A DNA stretch of 64,000 nt from a candidate division Kazan bacterium RIFCSPHIGHO2_01_FULL_44_14 (GTDB lineage: Bacteria > Patescibacteriota > Kazan-3B-28). This document shows, piece by piece, positions 59,261 through 64,000 of the stretch. The notes beneath the pieces were generated by a model. That model searched no databases. It was not told the origin of the DNA and saw nothing but the letters and a program-made list of their open reading frames with translations. The position numbers and the translations under genes were made by a program. Each line of letters begins with the position of its first letter. Position 1 is the first letter of the stretch. The stretch spans positions 439,200-503,199 of the forward strand of contig METB01000001.1 of NCBI GenBank assembly GCA_001771185.1, read 5' to 3'.

Positions 59261-59800
59261 TTATTTACTCGGTTGTTCCGGTTCGTGCCATTCGATGCCG
59301 AAGTCCTTGAGAAGCTTTTTTATTTCGAACGGAGACATCTCCAAGTGGTCTATAATCTGTAAAGTGTGTTTGGTACAAACAGGCATAAAATAATGCCTGA
59401 ATGCTTTCCAATACTTCATCTTGCGAAAGGCCTCGTCGATTGGGACTTCGGTAGCTTCATCAATAGTCTCAGATATATCATCCTTGCTTACTTTGTCCCC
59501 TGTACGTCGATTCAGTAAGTAGTTCATCAATCTATCGGGGAGGGATTGATAATGAAACTTTTGGATCTCCTTGTCTATCTCTAATGCGTCAATAACTAAG
59601 AAAAGTTTGCATCCTCTCTTGACCAACTTAACCATTGCTGGTTTCCCATCAGTAGCTTCTTCGACGGAACGATAGATAATAACTGGTGGATGGTTCGGTT
59701 CGTAGCAAGCCTTTTTTATATTGCCCCGTTGAGCCCATAAGATTGTCTGGATAAAGACCTCGAGCTCTTTTTTGTGGTTTGGTTTTGTGGGTACCTTCAT
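59261..59800 (-). CDS. Hypothetical phage-associated protein
   Basis: 179-aa ORF with an RBS-like ggagga upstream. Confidence 0.4.
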   Translation of the reverse strand: MKVPTKPNHKKELEVFIQTILWAQRGNIKKACYEPNHPPVIIYRSVEEATDGKPAMVKLVKRGCKLFLVIDALEIDKEIQKFHYQSLPDRLMNYLLNRRTGDKVSKDDISETIDEATEVPIDEAFRKMKYWKAFRHYFMPVCTKHTLQIIDHLEMSPFEIKKLLKDFGIEWHEPEQPSK

Positions 59801-60059
59801 TTTGTCCTCCTAATCTTAAGCTGATATAAAAAATCCCTAAATCGAAAGCAGTTACATCAGTAACCTGACTTTCGCTTTTCTAGGGGTTTCCTTACTCAGC
59901 GAAAGAAACAGACAGTTTCTTCAATATCGAATTGTGACTCTACATTGAGATTGTACAACCGCATCATAATGGATGTCAAATGGCCGTCCGTGACAAGGTT
60001 ATCACCTAGAGGCAAGAGTATAATGGTTAAGAGCAGATGCTCTTAATTTTTTGAGACTT

Positions 60060-62504
60060 ATGATGTTTGGAACTGTAGATATTAAAATCAGACCCCTGAA
60101 ATTCGCTTGCCTCGTAGACCCTAAAAGCTCCAAGCAGACACGAGCGGCTATCAGGCTGTGTTCCAGTCTCTGGGGAGGGGCTTATTTTCCCATTATCCCT
60201 ATTTATAAAAAGATGCCGACATCGTGGCGGGGAGACCAATTGAAATTTGGCCCAGCGAGCAAAGTAGTCACAGGATATATCGAGGCATTTGACCCGGACA
60301 TTTTAATCCAATTTTCCGACAAGATACCAAAATACATAACCAAATTGGGACTTGAAATTGTTCAACCGAATGAAGTATGGTCACCATTAAAAGACGACTA
60401 TTCGCATCCACGTTTCGGGATAGGAATTTTTGAAATTCTTAGCGACGTTTTCCGGGAATATTTTAAGTACCAAGTAAAGTACCCAGTAAAGGTGTTCTTG
60501 CCCAAAATACCTACTCAACTTTCTCTATTTTGGGCTAGCTTGTTTGGAGAGCTGTCATCAGATATTACAGCAATAGTAGATCGGGATTATTCTGAGCCAC
60601 TTGCGGTGGAGAAAGTGAGTAATGTCATAGATCGTCTGTCGGAAGTAATGGCTTCTGATGGTATATTCCCAAGACGCTTAACGCAGTGGGGTTTGACTCC
60701 GTATGGTGGGTCTGCTCGTAGAAATGCCGCTGTCTTTTTTATGGATGCTACCAAAGTGGAGGACATAGTAGATTTTTGGAATTTGCGAGCTATTGGTATG
60801 GATGTCATGCCAGTCCCCAAACAGCTTTCTGACAATTCACAGCTACACGACTTGGTAGCTAATTTTTTCAAAAATCATCGGATCCCATGGAAACACAACA
60901 AGGAAGTTTGTGATTATGCGTCCATTATTAGGGCTGGGCACTGCACGATGGAAGAAGTGCAGGAATACGCTAAGACCTTCCAATTGCAACCCGAACCCAA
61001 CGATCCTTCTAGGGATGGATTCTTTTCGTTACAACACTGGTATCCCCGAATTTGGGATGAGTGGGCTAGGGATAGGGATGGGGCTAACCCAAGAGATATA
61101 TTAGGCGAAGAAGAGCATAGTATCGATATTTCTGATGCCAAGGCATTAAAATTACACTTGCCTGCGATTTGGCCTAAGTTTGCTTTTAGAAAGTTCGGGT
61201 ATGGCGACCCAAGGTGTGTTAATGAGGTGAGTTTGCGATTTTACGGTGCTGAAGAATATATAGCCGAGGCTTTTCCCAAATTATCCGGAGACAACTTTAA
61301 CCGAGCAATCTCTGGGAGATTTTCGATGATGGGAGACTGGCGAATAGGAAGGAATGGATTGGTCAGGCTCGTGAAGGATGATCGAATTGACACTAGAGAT
61401 ATTCCTGCCGCTGAAGATATTATGTTGGCATGGATTAAAGATCAGGGATGGGATGATCCTAAGTTATCTACTCCCGGTCTTTTGGCCAAGCGAATATATG
61501 AAATATTAGAAGGTCATCCGAAGTCTTTGGCAAATGAAAAACTTCTTGGTCTGCTGGAGCATATGAACGGCGGGCTAGTTAAAAAAGATGGTACTCCAGC
61601 AGAAAAGACCAAACTTAGTAATGAACGAGAACTCTCTTCTGCTGAGCTTAAGGAGCGATTGGGCGTGGGTCTATATGAATATCTTGTTGGGCGTGGGATT
61701 TTTAAGATAGGATTGCGAATACAATGTCCAAATTGTTCCAGAAACTCCTGGTTTCCAATGGACAACTTGCGAGATCAATTAACCTGTCCGCTGTGTCTAT
61801 CCGTCTTCCCAGCCATCGGGCACGTTGATGATAAGAGCAGTTGGTGCTATAAAACATCGGGTCCTTTCAGTGTGCCTGGATATGCAGACGGAGCCTTTGC
61901 GGTGTTGCTTGCCGTAGATTTTTTCGATGATCAATTGTCTAATTTACACACAACTCCCATTCTTAGCTTTACTGCCAAAGCATCAGGGAAGAAGGATTTA
62001 GAGGCAGATTTTGCTTTATTGTGGCAAGAAGCTGCCTATGGGGAGAATGAGGAGGGGGTTATATTTGGCGAATCAAAAACTTATGGACAGTTCAAGAAGA
62101 AAGATTTTGATAGGATGCGATTTTTGGCAAAAACATTTCCGGGAGCAATTTTGGTGTTTAGTACACTGCGGAAATCGTTGACTCATGAGGAGCTGACAGC
62201 AATAGCAAGTATTGCCAAAAGAGGGCGAAGATACTGGAAGGCTGATCGTCCTATCAACCCGGTATTAGTCTTAACGGGGGCAGAGATGTTGGCACACTAC
62301 CGACCTCCGTATTGTTGGAGCGAGACTTTGCAGAAGAAATTTGGACATCTCAGTGGTCTGCTAAGCATTTGCAACGCAACCCAGCAAATTTATCTAAATT
62401 TGCCATCTTGGAGTACGGAGTGGCGTGAGAAGCATGAAAAAAGATTACAGAAAAAGACAAAAAATACTCGTAAGACTAAGGCGACAAAATGTAAGGGCGA
62501 ATAG
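60060..62504 (+). CDS. Large hypothetical protein (about 815 aa) with a C4 zinc ribbon and a C-terminal PD-(D/E)xK-like motif
   Basis: CPNCSRNSW...CPLC zinc ribbon at ~aa 560. DLEADFALLWQE...VIFGESKTYG (D...ExK) near the C-terminus. No NTPase motifs. The start is uncertain (the annotated ORF opens at TTG 60051; the first ATGs are at 60060 and 60063). Confidence 0.5.
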   Translation: MMFGTVDIKIRPLKFACLVDPKSSKQTRAAIRLCSSLWGGAYFPIIPIYKKMPTSWRGDQLKFGPASKVVTGYIEAFDPDILIQFSDKIPKYITKLGLEIVQPNEVWSPLKDDYSHPRFGIGIFEILSDVFREYFKYQVKYPVKVFLPKIPTQLSLFWASLFGELSSDITAIVDRDYSEPLAVEKVSNVIDRLSEVMASDGIFPRRLTQWGLTPYGGSARRNAAVFFMDATKVEDIVDFWNLRAIGMDVMPVPKQLSDNSQLHDLVANFFKNHRIPWKHNKEVCDYASIIRAGHCTMEEVQEYAKTFQLQPEPNDPSRDGFFSLQHWYPRIWDEWARDRDGANPRDILGEEEHSIDISDAKALKLHLPAIWPKFAFRKFGYGDPRCVNEVSLRFYGAEEYIAEAFPKLSGDNFNRAISGRFSMMGDWRIGRNGLVRLVKDDRIDTRDIPAAEDIMLAWIKDQGWDDPKLSTPGLLAKRIYEILEGHPKSLANEKLLGLLEHMNGGLVKKDGTPAEKTKLSNERELSSAELKERLGVGLYEYLVGRGIFKIGLRIQCPNCSRNSWFPMDNLRDQLTCPLCLSVFPAIGHVDDKSSWCYKTSGPFSVPGYADGAFAVLLAVDFFDDQLSNLHTTPILSFTAKASGKKDLEADFALLWQEAAYGENEEGVIFGESKTYGQFKKKDFDRMRFLAKTFPGAILVFSTLRKSLTHEELTAIASIAKRGRRYWKADRPINPVLVLTGAEMLAHYRPPYCWSETLQKKFGHLSGLLSICNATQQIYLNLPSWSTEWREKHEKRLQKKTKNTRKTKATKCKGE

Positions 62505-62509
62505 ATATC

Positions 62510-63424
62510 ATGGATCAAAAGCGTAGCCAGAAGCACCATTATTTGCCAGTTAACTATCTTAATGGTTTTACTGACGACCAAGGTCTTTTCTTCGTTTATG
62601 ATAAAAAAGAGGACCAAATTGTTCAGAAGGCGGTCACGCCAAAGTCGGTATTTTTTGAGAACAATCTCAACACCATAGCATTAAAAGATGAGTGTTCAGA
62701 TTTCCTTGAGGGTCTCTATACCCAAACGGAGAATATATTGTGGGCTCCTTTTGAAACTATCAGACGATCCAAGTCTACTGATCAGATCCAACCTCTAGAC
62801 AGAATGCATTTGTACCTTTTTCTTACATTGCTGTACTGGAGGTTGCCCAGCAATTTCAATCAGGTAAAGAGCTTTTCAAGTAAAGCATTTGCCCACAATA
62901 ATGAAATCGATTACTTTCAGCTAAAATCTCGTAATGGGGATGTCTCCAATGAGATGATTGAGCAGATGAGAGGGTCAGAGTCGTTTAATAAATCAGTAAG
63001 ACTGATACTTCCATTTGCTCCATTCCTTAAGAACAAGGAGTGGTTTTTGTCAGTTGTGAAATGGAAGTTCGTCTATATAGAGCCGAATACGACAGCTTTT
63101 ATTACTGGAGATAATCCGATTATTCTCAAGGATGAGAGTGGTGAGGCCGTTGATCCGCTGGGCGAATTTATTTTTCCGATATCTAGTAATATTCTGTTAG
63201 CGAATTGCGACCATGCTATCAAAAAGGAGTTGGATCCAGCATTCGTTCTACAGGCCAACATTGCAATCATGGAAAATGCCAAGCGGTTTGTAATTTGCCG
63301 GAGCAAAGAATTTCTTCAGGGGTTAGTTAAATACTACAAAATATATAGTCAATACGGGAAAACTCCAACGATAGCGCCAGAGGTATTTGCTATGCTTATA
63401 GATACAGAGCTGGAGTATAAATAG
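62510..63424 (+). CDS. DUF4238-like protein (N-terminal HHYLPxxYLxxF motif)
   Basis: QKHHYLPVNYLNGF matches the recalled DUF4238 N-terminal signature. 304 aa, beginning 6 nt after the upstream gene. Confidence 0.45.
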   Translation: MDQKRSQKHHYLPVNYLNGFTDDQGLFFVYDKKEDQIVQKAVTPKSVFFENNLNTIALKDECSDFLEGLYTQTENILWAPFETIRRSKSTDQIQPLDRMHLYLFLTLLYWRLPSNFNQVKSFSSKAFAHNNEIDYFQLKSRNGDVSNEMIEQMRGSESFNKSVRLILPFAPFLKNKEWFLSVVKWKFVYIEPNTTAFITGDNPIILKDESGEAVDPLGEFIFPISSNILLANCDHAIKKELDPAFVLQANIAIMENAKRFVICRSKEFLQGLVKYYKIYSQYGKTPTIAPEVFAMLIDTELEYK

Positions 63425-63425
63425 T

Positions 63426-63611
63426 ATGCAACTCACTGATAAAGAAATAGTCGAATTTCAGCGAATTTACGAGAAGGAGTTTGGAGTCAAAATTAGCAAG
63501 CAGGATGCTCTTGAACAGGGTACGAAGCTACTAGTTTTGATGAAAGCCATTTACCAACCCATCCCATCACAAGGCCATAAAATCCCTCAAAAATCCAGTC
63601 CAAAACAGTAG
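63426..63611 (+). CDS. Small hypothetical protein (61 aa), third gene of the module
   Basis: It starts 2 nt after the DUF4238-like stop. No motif. Confidence 0.3.
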   Translation: MQLTDKEIVEFQRIYEKEFGVKISKQDALEQGTKLLVLMKAIYQPIPSQGHKIPQKSSPKQ

Positions 63612-63735
63612 GCCCTGCCACTGTCTCATTTGTCTCATTTTCTCCTATGGGTTCTACAACTGACCCACTTGCCCGAGCTCCTTTTCAAAAGCCCCAAATT
63701 ATCTCCTTAGGAATGCAATCCGAACCGAGCTGTTG

Positions 63736-63770
63736 AGCCAAATGAAAACGAGTCAAATGACCGAGGTGCC
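63736..63770 (+). repeat. 35-bp direct repeat R2 (candidate attR)
   Basis: See R1. This copy starts an intact 33-codon ORF (63742-63840, MKTSQMTEVPISVNLPLAEAIEREYQQVQLLL). Confidence 0.7.
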
Positions 63771-63840
63771 TATTTCGGTCAATTTGCCGTTGGCTGAAGC
63801 GATTGAGCGAGAATATCAGCAGGTTCAACTGCTTCTGTAA
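63742..63840 (+). CDS. Tiny ORF (32 aa) whose 5' end is duplicated at 43115-43156; candidate integration target
   Basis: ATG at 63742. Followed by a terminator at 63841-63872 (ccgtctccttgggaaagaggcgg, then T7). Confidence 0.25.
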   Translation: MKTSQMTEVPISVNLPLAEAIEREYQQVQLLL

Positions 63841-64000
63841 CCGTCTCCTTGGGAAAGAGGCGGTTTTTTTAAGTGACAATAGTTCGGACTTCCTGTAGCC
63901 AACGGAGCCAACTAAGACAGTTATCGAACTCCTCCTTTGGGGTGACGAAAGTCGAAATGACCTAGATGGGTTGTTTTGGTTTACTCCTTAAAATGGTTCT

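Noticed and set aside
63685-63879. A 64-aa minus-strand ORF.
   Set aside because: It overlaps the R2 repeat, the tiny plus-strand ORF and the terminator. An antisense shadow is more likely.
1-64000. CRISPR arrays, rRNA genes, or large tandem repeats.
   Set aside because: No regularly spaced direct repeats of 20 to 40 nt were seen. No rRNA-like conserved stretches were seen.

Overview
The window reads as a compact, gene-dense bacterial chromosome segment of about 45% GC. Several features suggest a small-genome Patescibacteria/CPR-like bacterium, though that is inference: TTG and GTG starts, tRNA-embedded selfish elements, homing endonucleases, and in-frame palindromic repeats.

Bases 1 to 33,400 are core housekeeping on both strands:
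- a PGM/PMM-family phosphohexomutase fragment, trpS, an O-antigen-ligase-like protein, leuS and dnaE
- rplS-rnhB-yraN, nusA, a clpC-like ATPase and a PIN/TRAM protein
- two paralogous secreted proteins and ychF
- efp, then rpsR-ssb-rpsF
- a MazG-like protein, a HAD nucleotidase, and dnaG-rpoD

This core is punctuated by small selfish or repeat elements:
- a GIY-YIG gene nested between duplicated copies of the tRNA-Ala 3' end
- a LAGLIDADG/HTH gene flanked by inverted tRNA-Ser 3'-end copies
- a tRNA-Asn split by a group I intron that carries an HNH endonuclease gene
- a roughly 31-bp palindromic element found three times, twice in frame inside coding sequence
- a MITE-like structured intergenic region

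From about 34.0 kb to 63.8 kb the window is accessory and mobile. The first element sits at the tRNA-Asn 3' end. It has a large serine recombinase, a Type IIS-like RM module (Dam-class methyltransferase, AlwI-family-like endonuclease, beta-class methyltransferase), an excisionase-like HTH gene, unknown cargo, and a proteasome-like Ntn hydrolase with a coupled small gene.

A second element of about 20.6 kb is bounded by a 35-bp direct repeat. That repeat duplicates the 5' end of a tiny ORF (43109-43143 and 63736-63770). It carries:
- a second serine recombinase
- a PD-(D/E)xK nuclease with an HhH-like partner
- a Type III RM operon with a HEPN-like gene between mod and res
- a Pif1-like helicase and a DUF2779/Cas4-like nuclease
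- tRNA-Phe and tRNA-Arg
- phage terminase large and small subunits and a ParB-methyltransferase fusion, with no virion structural genes
- a terminal three-gene module: an 817-aa Zn-ribbon protein with a C-terminal PD-(D/E)xK-like motif, a DUF4238-like protein, and a 61-aa protein

The terminal three-gene module is the best candidate for an undescribed defence system. No CRISPR array or rRNA gene was found.
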